DNA of 64,000 bases from Opitutales bacterium (GTDB taxonomy: Bacteria; Verrucomicrobiota; Verrucomicrobiia; Opitutales; JABSRG01), in assembly GCA_051117635.1 (NCBI GenBank), contig JBNPEH010000005.1, forward strand, positions 110,261-174,260. Direction: 5' to 3'. Positions within the stretch are counted from its first letter, which is position 1. Each line of letters opens with the position of its first letter. Shown piece by piece: positions 1 through 8,678 of this stretch. A model generated the notes under the pieces. It was not told the DNA's origin. It did not search any database and saw nothing but the letters and a program-made list of their open reading frames with translations. The translations under genes were made by a program, and so were the position numbers.

Positions 1-559
1 CGGCTGGCTGGCGGATAGACCCACCCGTGTCGGATCCCAGCGTCAGGATGGCTTCGCCGGCTGCCACACTGGCGGCGCTGCCCCCGCTCGAACCACCGGG
101 AATCCGTTCGGGATCCCAGGGATTCACGGTTGTCTGGAAGGCCGAGTTCTCCGTCGAGGATCCCATCGCGAACTCGTCCAGGTTGAGTTTGCCGAGGAAG
201 ACGGTGCCGGCGGCTTGGCACTTGGCAACGGCCGTGCCGGTGTAGGGTGAGACGTAATGCTCAAGGATACGGCTGGCACAGGTGAGGGGCGCGTCCTTCA
301 GACAGAGCACGTCCTTCAACGCAACCGGAATACCATCCAACGGTCCGCGGGTTTCGCCGCTTTTCCGGCGTTGGTCGCTGGACCGCGCGGCCGCCAGCGC
401 CCCCTCGTGATCCACATGCAGGTAGCTGTGTACCGTGTCGTCGACCGCGTCGATACGGTCGAGCAGGGCACGCGTCAGTTCTTCGGCAGAACAATCGCCC
501 GTCTCTAGGTGCCGGGCGAGGTCCACGGCGGTCCGGAAAGGAAGAGGTGTATCAGCCAT
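1..559 (-). CDS. gatA: Glu-tRNA(Gln)/Asp-tRNA(Asn) amidotransferase subunit A, N-terminal part (runs off the left edge)
   Basis: My own minus-strand translation from the ATG at 559 gives [41 protein letters not shown]...[15 protein letters not shown]...[32 protein letters not shown]. This contains the amidase signature. It lies 25 nt downstream of gatC. It is absent from the ORF track because it is open at the window edge. Confidence 0.9.
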   Translation of the reverse strand, partial: MADTPLPFRTAVDLARHLETGDCSAEELTRALLDRIDAVDDTVHSYLHVDHEGALAAARSSDQRRKSGETRGPLDGIPVALKDVLCLKDAPLTCASRILEHYVSPYTGTAVAKCQAAGTVFLGKLNLDEFAMGSSTENSAFQTTVNPWDPERIPGGSSGGSAASVAAGEAILTLGSDTGGSIRQPA

Positions 560-583
560 CAGGATACAGCCGGGGCCGGCGAT

Positions 584-880
584 TCAGGCGTCTTCAATGA
601 CCTTCGGCACGACGATTTGATTGTCCCGTTGCCTGGGGGCATTGCGCAGGGCTTCCTCCGGGGCAAAGGGCTGGGTCGGCTCGTCCTCCTGCCACACATT
701 GACGACGGGAAAGGTATGAGCGGTCGGCTCGACCCCGGAAACGTCGATGGCCTGAAGCCGCTCGAAGTGCGCGAGCACATCCCCCAGTTGGGCGGCGTAT
801 CTGACCTTTTCTTCGTCTGTCAGCGCGATTCGGGCGAGCCGCGCGACATAGTCGATATCGATGTTTCCTGTTTCGGGCAT
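584..880 (-). CDS. gatC: Glu/Asp-tRNA amidotransferase subunit C
   Basis: Track ORF 584..973(-). GatC-like sequence starts at the internal ATG at 880: MPETGNIDIDYVARLARIALTDEEKVRYAAQLGDVLAHFERLQAIDVSGVEPTAH. The 31 upstream codons look non-coding. Confidence 0.9.
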   Translation of the reverse strand: MPETGNIDIDYVARLARIALTDEEKVRYAAQLGDVLAHFERLQAIDVSGVEPTAHTFPVVNVWQEDEPTQPFAPEEALRNAPRQRDNQIVVPKVIEDA

Positions 881-911
881 AAGCGTATTGGGGCGGCAAA
901 GGGGACGGCCT

Positions 912-3374
912 TCAAGAACGCACCGAATAAACCCCCGATTCGGCGATGGCGGCCTGCAGTTGGTCGAAGGCACGGTTCACTTCCTTGTCCTTCAGCGTCC
1001 GTTCGTCCGACCGGAAGCTGATGGAAAAGGCCAGGCTCTTCTTCCCCTCGGGCAGGCCTGGACCCGTATAGATATCGAACACGGATACCCGCTCGACGTC
1101 GAACTGGTCGCCGGCCGCGGCCTGGGCGGCAGCCATCAGGTCACGGCGCACGGTCTCGGCCAGGGCATCGGCATCGACGACCAGCGCCAGATCCCTCACC
1201 GTGGCCGGGTAGGTGGACACCGGCCGGTAGACAAAGGAGCGCTCCCGTTTTTCCAGAAAGTCCGGCTTAACGAGGATGCCGCCGGCCAACACCGTGCCGG
1301 CGATAGCCCAGTCCTTCAATCGACCGAAATCCATCAGCCCGACCTTGGCCTCATAGTGGTCCTCACTGAAGGTGCCGATCCGGCCGGCATGACCGTCCAG
1401 CCAGGTGTCCTCGTCGCGGATGGGAATCGTTTTCTGCTGTTCCGGATCGATCCCGGCCGCCCGGAAAATGTCATCCAGCACAACGCGCGCGCTGTAGTAA
1501 TCGGGCGGCTCCCGTTCCTTCCAGGACGGGGATTCGTCCGGAATGTGAATAAGAAAGGCCAGCGAAACCAGTTCCCAGACCTTGCCGCTCACCTCGCGAA
1601 ATACACGCCCACGCTCGAACAGTCGCGGGGTCATGTTACCCCGGGAAAGGTTGTAGCGGAGGGCATCCATCAGTCCCGGCAGCAGGCTGGGCCGCAGGTG
1701 ACTCTGATCCGCTGTCAGGGGATTGGCCAGACCGAGCGTGTCGGCCAGGGCATGCCCGTACCAGGCACGGGTCTCCGCCTCGGCGCGGAGGGAATAATGC
1801 ATGCACTCGATGAAACCGTGGCCGACCAGCACTTCCGCCGCCCGGTCATTGAAGACGGAAACGGGATTGTCCTCAGCCGGGATGACCTGGCTGACGACAG
1901 GGGCGTCCGGCACGTTGTCCGTTCCGTAGATGCGCAAAAACTCCTCGACCAGATCGACCGGCCGCTCGAGATCGCTGCGAAAGGATGGAATGGAAACGAT
2001 CCAGATTTCCCGACCGGCGTCCTGAGTGTGAACGCGGACATTAAGCCCCAGGCGTTCGAAGACATCGCGAATCGCCTCATTGTCCGGACCGAAACCGAGG
2101 CGCTCGCGCACAAAATCCGGCGCCAGGCGGATCTCGCGCTCGACTTCAGGCGGATGGCCAACGGTCTGGGGTGGCCCCTGGAGGGAGCCGCCGGCCGTCT
2201 GGAGAATCAGGTCGATGGCACGCAGAGCGGCATACTCCAGGTTTTCCGGGTCAACCCCGCGCTCGAAGCGGTAGGAGCTGTCGGTGCTCAGGTTGAGTCG
2301 GCGGCTGGTGGCGCGGATTTCCGCGGGGTTGAAAAAGGCGACTTCGAGCACAACATTCACCGTGGCCCCATCGACTTCGGCATCGACGGAGCCCATGACG
2401 CCGGCAATCACCATCGGGCGCTCCGCATCCGCGATGACCGTCATCCGGTTGTTTAATTCGCGCCGCCTGTCGTCGAGGGTCGTGAGGGCTTCGCCCTCGC
2501 GGGCCTTCCGGACGAGAATGGTATCGCCACCTATTTTAGCGGCGTCGAAGGCGTGCAGGGGCTGGCCGAGCTCCATCAACACATAATTGGTGACATCGAC
2601 CACATTGTTGATCGGACGCAAGCCGATGGCGGTCAGCGCCTGACGCAGCCAATCCGGACTCGGGGCGATCTTCACCCCGCGGATGGAATACGCGTGATAG
2701 AGGGGGCAGGCCTCACCGGCCTCCACTTTCAGTTCCCGCAACAGCGGCTCGCCCTGCTGGCGAAACGGATCGGAAGCGCTGGAGGTGACTTCCGGATAGT
2801 CGAGACCGCGATTGAAGTAAGCGGCCAGCTCGCGCGCCATGCCGACGTGGCTCAGACAGTCCGGCCGATTCGGCGTCACCTCGACGTCGAAGACCGTATC
2901 GCGGGTTGAAAACACCTCGTGCACGGGGCGGCCGATGGTCGCGGCGGGGTTGTCGGTCAGGATCATCAGACCGCTGTGATCCTCGCCCAGGCCGAGTTCG
3001 CCGGCCGCGCATAGCATGCCCTCGCTGGCGACGCCGCGCAGCTTCGACTTCTTGATCTTGAAGTCGCCGGGCAGAACCGCACCGACCAGAGCGACCGGCA
3101 CGCGGTCACCGACGTCGAAATTCCGAGCGCCACAGACGATGCTCCGCGGGGTGCCGTCCCCGACATCGACCGAGCACAGGCTGAGGCGGTCGGCATTGGG
3201 ATGCGGGTTTTTCTCCAGTACTTCTCCCACGACCAGGTGCTCGACGGGGTCCAGGCCGGTCGTCTCCACGTCCTCGACCTCGAACCCGATCAGCGTGAGG
3301 GCCTCGCGGATCCGATCGTCCGACAGATCATTCAGATCGACATACTGTTGCAGCCAGTGTCGCGAAAGTTTCAT
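912..3374 (-). CDS. pheT: Phenylalanine--tRNA ligase beta subunit
   Basis: 820-aa ORF starting MKLSRHWLQQYVDLNDLSDDRIREALTLIGFEVEDV, with tRNA-binding, B3/4, B5 and FDX-ACB-like regions. It lies directly downstream of pheS. Confidence 0.95.
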   Translation of the reverse strand: MKLSRHWLQQYVDLNDLSDDRIREALTLIGFEVEDVETTGLDPVEHLVVGEVLEKNPHPNADRLSLCSVDVGDGTPRSIVCGARNFDVGDRVPVALVGAVLPGDFKIKKSKLRGVASEGMLCAAGELGLGEDHSGLMILTDNPAATIGRPVHEVFSTRDTVFDVEVTPNRPDCLSHVGMARELAAYFNRGLDYPEVTSSASDPFRQQGEPLLRELKVEAGEACPLYHAYSIRGVKIAPSPDWLRQALTAIGLRPINNVVDVTNYVLMELGQPLHAFDAAKIGGDTILVRKAREGEALTTLDDRRRELNNRMTVIADAERPMVIAGVMGSVDAEVDGATVNVVLEVAFFNPAEIRATSRRLNLSTDSSYRFERGVDPENLEYAALRAIDLILQTAGGSLQGPPQTVGHPPEVEREIRLAPDFVRERLGFGPDNEAIRDVFERLGLNVRVHTQDAGREIWIVSIPSFRSDLERPVDLVEEFLRIYGTDNVPDAPVVSQVIPAEDNPVSVFNDRAAEVLVGHGFIECMHYSLRAEAETRAWYGHALADTLGLANPLTADQSHLRPSLLPGLMDALRYNLSRGNMTPRLFERGRVFREVSGKVWELVSLAFLIHIPDESPSWKEREPPDYYSARVVLDDIFRAAGIDPEQQKTIPIRDEDTWLDGHAGRIGTFSEDHYEAKVGLMDFGRLKDWAIAGTVLAGGILVKPDFLEKRERSFVYRPVSTYPATVRDLALVVDADALAETVRRDLMAAAQAAAGDQFDVERVSVFDIYTGPGLPEGKKSLAFSISFRSDERTLKDKEVNRAFDQLQAAIAESGVYSVRS

Positions 3375-3393
3375 GACAAAGTCTTATGGGCGC

Positions 3394-4434
3394 TCAGGCA
3401 AACTGCCGGAGGAAGCGAACGTCGTTGGTGTAGAAATGGCGGATATCGTCGATCCCGTAGAGGATCATGGCCAGGCGCTCCAGGCCGAAGCCGAAGGCAT
3501 AGCCGCTCCAGACCTCGGGATCGTACCCGACCGCTTCGAAGACGGCAGGATCGACCATCCCGCAGCCACCCATTTCCGTCCACTCCCTGCCCACCTTGTC
3601 CAGATGGGCCGAAGAACAGTCCATCTCGAAGCTGGGTTCGGTGTAGGGGAAAAAGTGCGGGCGGAAGCGTGTCTTGGCGTCGGAGCCCAGGAGGCTCTTC
3701 ATCATGTAGTCGAGCAGCGCCTTGAGGTCCTTAACCGTCACGTGTTTATCGACGTAGAGCGCCTCGATCTGGTGAAAGCAGCTGCTGTGGGTGGCGTCGA
3801 CCGTGTCACGCCGGAAGACCCGCCCGGGGCTGATGATCCGCAACGGTGGTTCCTGGGCGAGCATGGCCCGGATTTGCACCGTCGATGTATGCGTGCGCAG
3901 CAGCCAGCGTTCATCCTGGCGTCGCGGCACATTCGCGAAATGCGTCTTCTCCCCGGTATAGAGTGTGTCCTGAAGATCCCGAGCGGGGTGATCCGGCGCC
4001 GTGTTCAGGGCGTCGAAACAAAACCACTCGGTTTCCACTTCCGGACCGTCCGCCACGGTGAAGCCGACCCGCCGGAGAATGGACACCAGTTCATCGCGTA
4101 TCCGGGCGATGGGGTGCAGGCTGCCGCGGGGCAGGTCCGGGCTCGGCAGGGACGGATCGACAGGCGGGCCGATGCGCTCGGCCAGGGCTGCCTCCTCCAG
4201 TTCCTGCCGCTTACCGGCAAAAACGGCCTCGAGCTCCTGCTTGACCTGATTGACCAGCTTGCCGATGGCCGGCTTCCGATCGTCGGGCAGGTCGCGGATG
4301 CCCTTGCTGGCTTCGGTCAGCGCGCCGCGCGGGCCCACGAATTTCGCCTTGAAGGCATCGAGATCGGCTTGGGTGTGCACCTCACCGATGCCGGCACGTG
4401 CTTTCTGCGGAATGGCTTTGAGTGTTTCCTCCAT
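3394..4434 (-). CDS. pheS: Phenylalanine--tRNA ligase alpha subunit
   Basis: Track ORF 3394..4473(-). The class II aaRS core is present (FRRDTVDATHSSCFHQIEALYVDKHV...GYAFGFGLERLAMILYGIDDIR). I prefer the ATG at 4434 (MEETLKAIPQ) because the GTG at 4473 lies inside the upstream terminator hairpin and T-run. Confidence 0.93.
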   Translation of the reverse strand: MEETLKAIPQKARAGIGEVHTQADLDAFKAKFVGPRGALTEASKGIRDLPDDRKPAIGKLVNQVKQELEAVFAGKRQELEEAALAERIGPPVDPSLPSPDLPRGSLHPIARIRDELVSILRRVGFTVADGPEVETEWFCFDALNTAPDHPARDLQDTLYTGEKTHFANVPRRQDERWLLRTHTSTVQIRAMLAQEPPLRIISPGRVFRRDTVDATHSSCFHQIEALYVDKHVTVKDLKALLDYMMKSLLGSDAKTRFRPHFFPYTEPSFEMDCSSAHLDKVGREWTEMGGCGMVDPAVFEAVGYDPEVWSGYAFGFGLERLAMILYGIDDIRHFYTNDVRFLRQFA

Positions 4435-4453
4435 GCAGGGATCGGGGCTGGGC

Positions 4454-4503
4454 AAAAAAAAATCAGGAGGCACCCGGGCCGCCGGTGGGTCGGGCGCCTC
4501 CTG
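4454..4503 (-). terminator. Intrinsic terminator or attenuator between rplT and pheS
   Basis: The minus strand reads CAGGAGGCGCCCG-ACCCACCGGCGGC-CGGGTGCCTCCTG, a stem of about 13 bp, followed by A plus T9. The structure ends only 19 nt before the pheS ATG. Confidence 0.75.
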
Positions 4504-4558
4504 AAGAAAAGGAGACAGGCGCGAGCGGCCCCGTCAAACCGGCCGGCGCGGCGGCCGG

Positions 4559-4918
4559 TCAGGCGGCATTGGCGGCTTTGGCCTTTTCCACCAGTTGGGT
4601 GAAGGCCTCGGGCTCGTGGATAGCCAACTCGGACAGGTTTTTCCGGTCCATTTCGATACCGGCCTGTTTCAGGCCATGCATGAAGCGGCTGTAATTGATA
4701 CCATGGGTCCGGCAGGCGGCGTTAAGCCGCACAATCCAGAGCTGCCGCATGGTGGACTTTTTTTTCCGGCGATCGCGATAGGCATAAACTTCGCCGCGAT
4801 CGACCGCGTCCTTGGCGTAGCGGTAGAGCTTGGATTTGAAACCGAAATACCCTTTCGCTTTGCGCAGGGTACGTTTGCGACGCTTCAGGGTCGCGGAGGC
4901 ATTGGTGGCACGTGGCAT
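4559..4918 (-). CDS. rplT: 50S ribosomal protein L20
   Basis: 119-aa ORF: MPRATNASATLKRRKRTLRKAKGYFGFKSKLYRYAKDAVDRGEVYAYRDRRKKKSTMRQLWIVRLNAA. Confidence 0.97.
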   Translation of the reverse strand: MPRATNASATLKRRKRTLRKAKGYFGFKSKLYRYAKDAVDRGEVYAYRDRRKKKSTMRQLWIVRLNAACRTHGINYSRFMHGLKQAGIEMDRKNLSELAIHEPEAFTQLVEKAKAANAA

Positions 4919-5029
4919 GTTGGGATTCTCCTGGTGTTGGCCGGCCCTCAGGTCGCCAGGTTGCAGCCGGTCCGTAGACCGTTGCGTTTACCTGCAGGGC
5001 GGCGGATTGAAACGGAGGGCAGACGCCAG

Positions 5030-5224
5030 TCAGAGACTCGGCGTGATCGCGTTGCGCAGGGTCTTGGTGTGCGTGGAGGACAGTATCTGGCCCTGGGTGG
5101 CGCGACGCTTCTGCTTGTTCGTCTTGTTACGCAGCAGGTGACGGTGGCCGGACACGCGGTGTTTCAGCTTGCCCTTGGCGGTCACTTTGAAGCGCTTGCG
5201 GATGGATTTGCGGGTCTTGATCAT
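5030..5224 (-). CDS. rpmI: 50S ribosomal protein L35
   Basis: Internal ATG at 5224 of track ORF 5030..5395(-) gives 64 aa: [41 protein letters not shown]. It lies upstream of rplT. Confidence 0.93.
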   Translation of the reverse strand: MIKTRKSIRKRFKVTAKGKLKHRVSGHRHLLRNKTNKQKRRATQGQILSSTHTKTLRNAITPSL

Positions 5225-5412
5225 GGCGCAAATGGAATGCGGGAAAACGGAAAGAAGAACCCCGTTTGCAGGCGCATGTAAAGCCAATTTCCCCGAAGAT
5301 CCGCCAGCCCGCCGGAATCGGGCTTGCGGGCATCCGGCTGCAACCTTTGCCTCGCTTTCGTGTTTCACCTGCCCGATGGCTTGTCCCGTCACCACTGTTT
5401 CCCCGTTGCACC

Positions 5413-5862
5413 ATGTACCGCACCGCCCGCCGCCGCTTTCGCCATGACGCCCGCCGATCGGGTTTCTCGCTGATCGAAATCCTCATCGTCATCGCCCTCA
5501 TCGCGATGCTGGCCACGCTGGTCATCACCAACCTCGACGTCATTTTCGGCGGCCAGCAGGAGAAGGTCGCCCAGCTCTGGGTCAAGAGCGCCGCCAAGGC
5601 ACCGCTCACCAAATACCGGATCGACACGGGGTCCTATCCGACAACCGAACAGGGCCTTCAGGCGCTGGTTCAAGCCCCCCCCGGCAAAGAGGGGCAATGG
5701 AAGGGACCCTATATCGAGGAGATTCCCACGGATCCCTGGAACAATCCCTACCAATATCGCTTCCCCGGTGAGAAAAACGCGACCGGTTACGACCTCTGGT
5801 CTCTGGGACCGGACGGCCAGCCCAGCGAGGATGACATCGGCAACTGGTCGACCGATTCCTGA
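5413..5862 (+). CDS. gspG: Type II secretion major pseudopilin GspG
   Basis: ATG at 5413 inside track ORF 5266..5862. It has a prepilin leader and cleavage/methylation motif ([20 protein letters not shown]) and a GspG-type C-terminus ([39 protein letters not shown]). Confidence 0.9.
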   Translation: MYRTARRRFRHDARRSGFSLIEILIVIALIAMLATLVITNLDVIFGGQQEKVAQLWVKSAAKAPLTKYRIDTGSYPTTEQGLQALVQAPPGKEGQWKGPYIEEIPTDPWNNPYQYRFPGEKNATGYDLWSLGPDGQPSEDDIGNWSTDS

Positions 5863-5876
5863 ACACCGGCCCTGGT

Positions 5877-6419
5877 ATGTTAACCGCCGTCTCCAGACGA
5901 TGCGGCGAGCGGCCGCCCCGGGGGGCCTTTACGCTGATTGAAATCCTGCTGGTGATCGCGCTGATCGCGCTGGGCGCCACGCTGGTCGTCGTCAATTTCG
6001 ACGCATTCGGCGATGATTTGGGGGACCCCCCCCTGCGGGTATTCCGCCAGGTCCTGACCGAGGCCCGCACCCGCGCGGCCGCCGAAAAGCGGGTGATCTG
6101 GATCCGCTTTTCGGAAGAGGATGCCACCCTGCGCATCGAGGACCGTACCGGCCGCCTGTTGAACCGTCACCCCCTGAAGACCGGTCCGGATGCTCCAACC
6201 GTCGCTTTCCGGTTCCTCAGCCCGCCCGTTGCCCGGGGAACGGATCCCGTCGGCTGGCCCGCCGATCGGGAGACGCTCTTTCCCCTGGCCCGCGTGGCCT
6301 GTCATCCCGAGCGCTGGATCGCGCCGTTCACCCTCGTCCTGACCGAAGGGGAGACGGAGACGTACATCCCTTTCGACCCCTTTTCCGCGCAGCCCATCGA
6401 GGCCCCGGACAATGCCTGA
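5877..6419 (+). CDS. Minor pseudopilin (GspH position), prepilin-type N-terminal methylation domain
   Basis: 180 aa. N-terminus is PPRGA/FTLIEILLVIALIALGATLVVV. Sits at the GspH position after gspG. Confidence 0.75.
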   Translation: MLTAVSRRCGERPPRGAFTLIEILLVIALIALGATLVVVNFDAFGDDLGDPPLRVFRQVLTEARTRAAAEKRVIWIRFSEEDATLRIEDRTGRLLNRHPLKTGPDAPTVAFRFLSPPVARGTDPVGWPADRETLFPLARVACHPERWIAPFTLVLTEGETETYIPFDPFSAQPIEAPDNA

Positions 6420-6900
6420 CCGTCGGAAACTGTTCTACCACAGGGGGTTTACCCTGGTTGAGGTCACGCTCGCCCTGGCGCTGTTCGCGATGACCGCGAC
6501 CCTGCTGACCGAGGCCTTCGTGAATGCGCTGCGCCAATGGGAACGTCGCCAGCCTCAGGTCTTGCTCGAACAGGACCTGAGCTATGCCCGCCAGCAAATT
6601 CAGGCCCTGACCGACCGGGAGACCCTGGAGGCGGGCGGCACGATCCGGACACCGGCATTGGGTGACATCGACTGGGAGGCCCAGATCGAGAACACCCGCC
6701 TCCTGGACCTGATGGCGGTCACCCTTTTCCTGGAGTGGCCTCAGCCGGAAACCGAGGGCATCAATCCGGGCGACCGGAGCGAAACCCTGATGATGCTGCG
6801 TCCGGGCTGGATGGAGGCCGATGACCGGGATCGCCTCCTGCAGGAAAAATCCGAGGAACTCGAGGATCGCCGCTGGGGCCTCGACTGGGCGCAGCCATGA
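6412..6900 (+). CDS. Minor pseudopilin (GspI-like position)
   Basis: 162 aa. N-terminus is YHRG/FTLVEVTLALALFAMTATLL. Overlaps the previous gene by 8 nt. Confidence 0.75.
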   Translation: MPDRRKLFYHRGFTLVEVTLALALFAMTATLLTEAFVNALRQWERRQPQVLLEQDLSYARQQIQALTDRETLEAGGTIRTPALGDIDWEAQIENTRLLDLMAVTLFLEWPQPETEGINPGDRSETLMMLRPGWMEADDRDRLLQEKSEELEDRRWGLDWAQP

Positions 6901-7631
6901 ACAGCAGGTCCCCTAGCCAACGCGCCTTCACCCTGGCCGAGGTCGTGCTCGCCCTGTCGGTCACCGGTCTCATTCTGGTGGCCGCCGCCAGCTTGTTGAC
7001 CGATTTCAGCACGCTCTGGCTGAAACAGGGCGACGATCAGGCCTTCGAGGCACATGCCGACGGTCTTCAATTCTTCCTGGCCGACCTTCTCGAACGTCAG
7101 CCTCATCACTACGTGCCGGCGGGGTCTGCGGTCGAGACAACCGGCAACCCAACGGCGGCCAACGAAACGACCCCCCGGCCCGGATCGACTGCTTCGGCGG
7201 GTTCGGACCTCGCCTGGGCTCGCCCCCCGGGGGTGAGTCGCTACGTCGATCCGATGCTGCGCTTGGCCCTGCCCGAGGATCTGGGACCGATCCTCGAAGG
7301 CTCCGGACCCGTCGGGCGCCAGACCGGTTACCTGACCGTCGACCCCGACCACGGCCTGGTCCTGGTCTGGAGTCAGGCCCTGCTGCCCGTTGAGTCCGAG
7401 GATGACCTTTTCAGCCGGATCCTGAGTCCCTTCGTGACCGACTGGGCCTTCTGGTACCACGACCCGGCTTTCGATGCCTGGGACCGGGAAACTGAACCGC
7501 GTCCGGATCCGGAAAATACAGACAGCCTGCAACTTCCGGCCTTTGTCACCCTTTCACTCGAGCACCAGGGACAAACCCGGACGCTACGCCTCCCCCTGCC
7601 GGTCCAGACCGCCGATGTCCTCCAATATTGA
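6897..7631 (+). CDS. Minor pseudopilin (GspJ-like position)
   Basis: 244 aa. N-terminus is SQRA/FTLAEVVLALSVTGLILVAAASLL. ATGA start/stop overlap with the previous gene. Confidence 0.75.
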   Translation: MNSRSPSQRAFTLAEVVLALSVTGLILVAAASLLTDFSTLWLKQGDDQAFEAHADGLQFFLADLLERQPHHYVPAGSAVETTGNPTAANETTPRPGSTASAGSDLAWARPPGVSRYVDPMLRLALPEDLGPILEGSGPVGRQTGYLTVDPDHGLVLVWSQALLPVESEDDLFSRILSPFVTDWAFWYHDPAFDAWDRETEPRPDPENTDSLQLPAFVTLSLEHQGQTRTLRLPLPVQTADVLQY

Positions 7632-8670
7632 ATACCATCGGCGCCGCCGCCTCGGCAGCGTCCTCATCGCCGTGCTCGCAATCCTCTTCACGCTGAGCCT
7701 GGTCGTGACCCGTTTCATCGAGGAAACGGTGCGGGAACTCACCTTGCGCGGGCAGTTCGAGAACCGACCGGACCTGCGTGCCGCCGCCTACACCGGCATG
7801 GAAACCGCCTTCGCCGTGATTCACGAGTTGCTTGTCCTCGACGGAACCTTGCACGCCCCTGTCCAGGGCTGGGCAGATCCCCTCGCCTATGCCGACTTCG
7901 ATGTCGGAAACGGCCTGAGCGTCAGCAGTCAAGTCACCGACCTCACGGGCAAGGTACCGCTCGCCTCCCTCGATGAGACTCAGTTGCCTCTCCTCTTCGA
8001 AAGCCTGGGATTCGACAGCTATGACAGCCTGGAACTCGCCGACAGCCTCCTGGACTGGACCGACGGCGACGACCTGGTACGCCTCAACGGCGCGGAGGCC
8101 GATGCCTATGGCTATGAAGAACCCGTCATCCAACCTCCCAACGCCCCCCTCGCCAGCCTCCACGAACTCCGTTGGGTGGCCGGCTTTCGCGATGCCTTTT
8201 TCGATGCGGAGGGCCAACCCAATGCCGCCTTTTCCGCTCTGATCGCTACCGTCACCCTTTACCCGGTCGACGCCATCAACCTCAACACCGCCCGCCCGGG
8301 CGCGTATCGGTTCATCCAGGCGCTGGAGGGCGGCGCCACCCTCGATCCCCTGCTCCGCTTTCTGGCCGGGGATGACGGCGAGGCCGGCACCGCCGACGAC
8401 CAGTTCCTGCGGAGCGAGGACAACCTCGTCTACACCCCGGCTGCTTCGGCCAACCTGGTCGGTTATCAGGCCCAGGTGCTCGAGATCCGGATCGACGCGA
8501 AGCGGGGACCGGCCCGCCTGACGCTCACCGCCGTCATCCAGTTGCCGGAGGGAGCCAATCGCTCCCGCGACAACGGTCAAACGAGCGGCCTGGCTGGCGC
8601 TTTTTCCGGAACGGCTTCAAATCCCTACCCCTTTACAATCCTCGCCCTGGCTGAAAATTCAGCCATCTAG
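7615..8670 (+). CDS. gspK: Type II secretion minor pseudopilin GspK-like
   Basis: ATG at 7615 inside track ORF 7474..8670. It has an N-terminal hydrophobic helix (GSVLIAVLAILFTLSLVV), the large size typical of GspK, and the motif INLNTARPGAY. Overlaps the previous gene by 17 nt. Confidence 0.75.
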   Translation: MSSNIEYHRRRRLGSVLIAVLAILFTLSLVVTRFIEETVRELTLRGQFENRPDLRAAAYTGMETAFAVIHELLVLDGTLHAPVQGWADPLAYADFDVGNGLSVSSQVTDLTGKVPLASLDETQLPLLFESLGFDSYDSLELADSLLDWTDGDDLVRLNGAEADAYGYEEPVIQPPNAPLASLHELRWVAGFRDAFFDAEGQPNAAFSALIATVTLYPVDAINLNTARPGAYRFIQALEGGATLDPLLRFLAGDDGEAGTADDQFLRSEDNLVYTPAASANLVGYQAQVLEIRIDAKRGPARLTLTAVIQLPEGANRSRDNGQTSGLAGAFSGTASNPYPFTILALAENSAI

Positions 8671-8678
8671 CCACCGTC

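Noticed and set aside
881-973. The extended gatC ORF start at 973.
   Set aside because: The extra 31 residues (MPSTNCRPPSPNRGFIRCVLEGRPLCRPNTL) overlap the 3' end of pheT and are not GatC-like. The canonical GatC N-terminus begins at the ATG at 880.
4435-4473. GTG-initiated N-terminal extension of pheS (MPPDFFLPSPDPC) considered as a Phe-containing leader peptide for attenuation.
   Set aside because: The two Phe codons are simply the T9 run of the terminator read in frame. The putative start lies inside the hairpin stem. Two Phe residues are far from the Phe-rich leaders known from pheM.
5225-5412. An L20-responsive translational operator or leader upstream of rpmI, as in the E. coli infC-rpmI-rplT operon.
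   Set aside because: infC is not upstream here. I see only two short, generic hairpins and nothing resembling the known pseudoknot. The evidence is insufficient.
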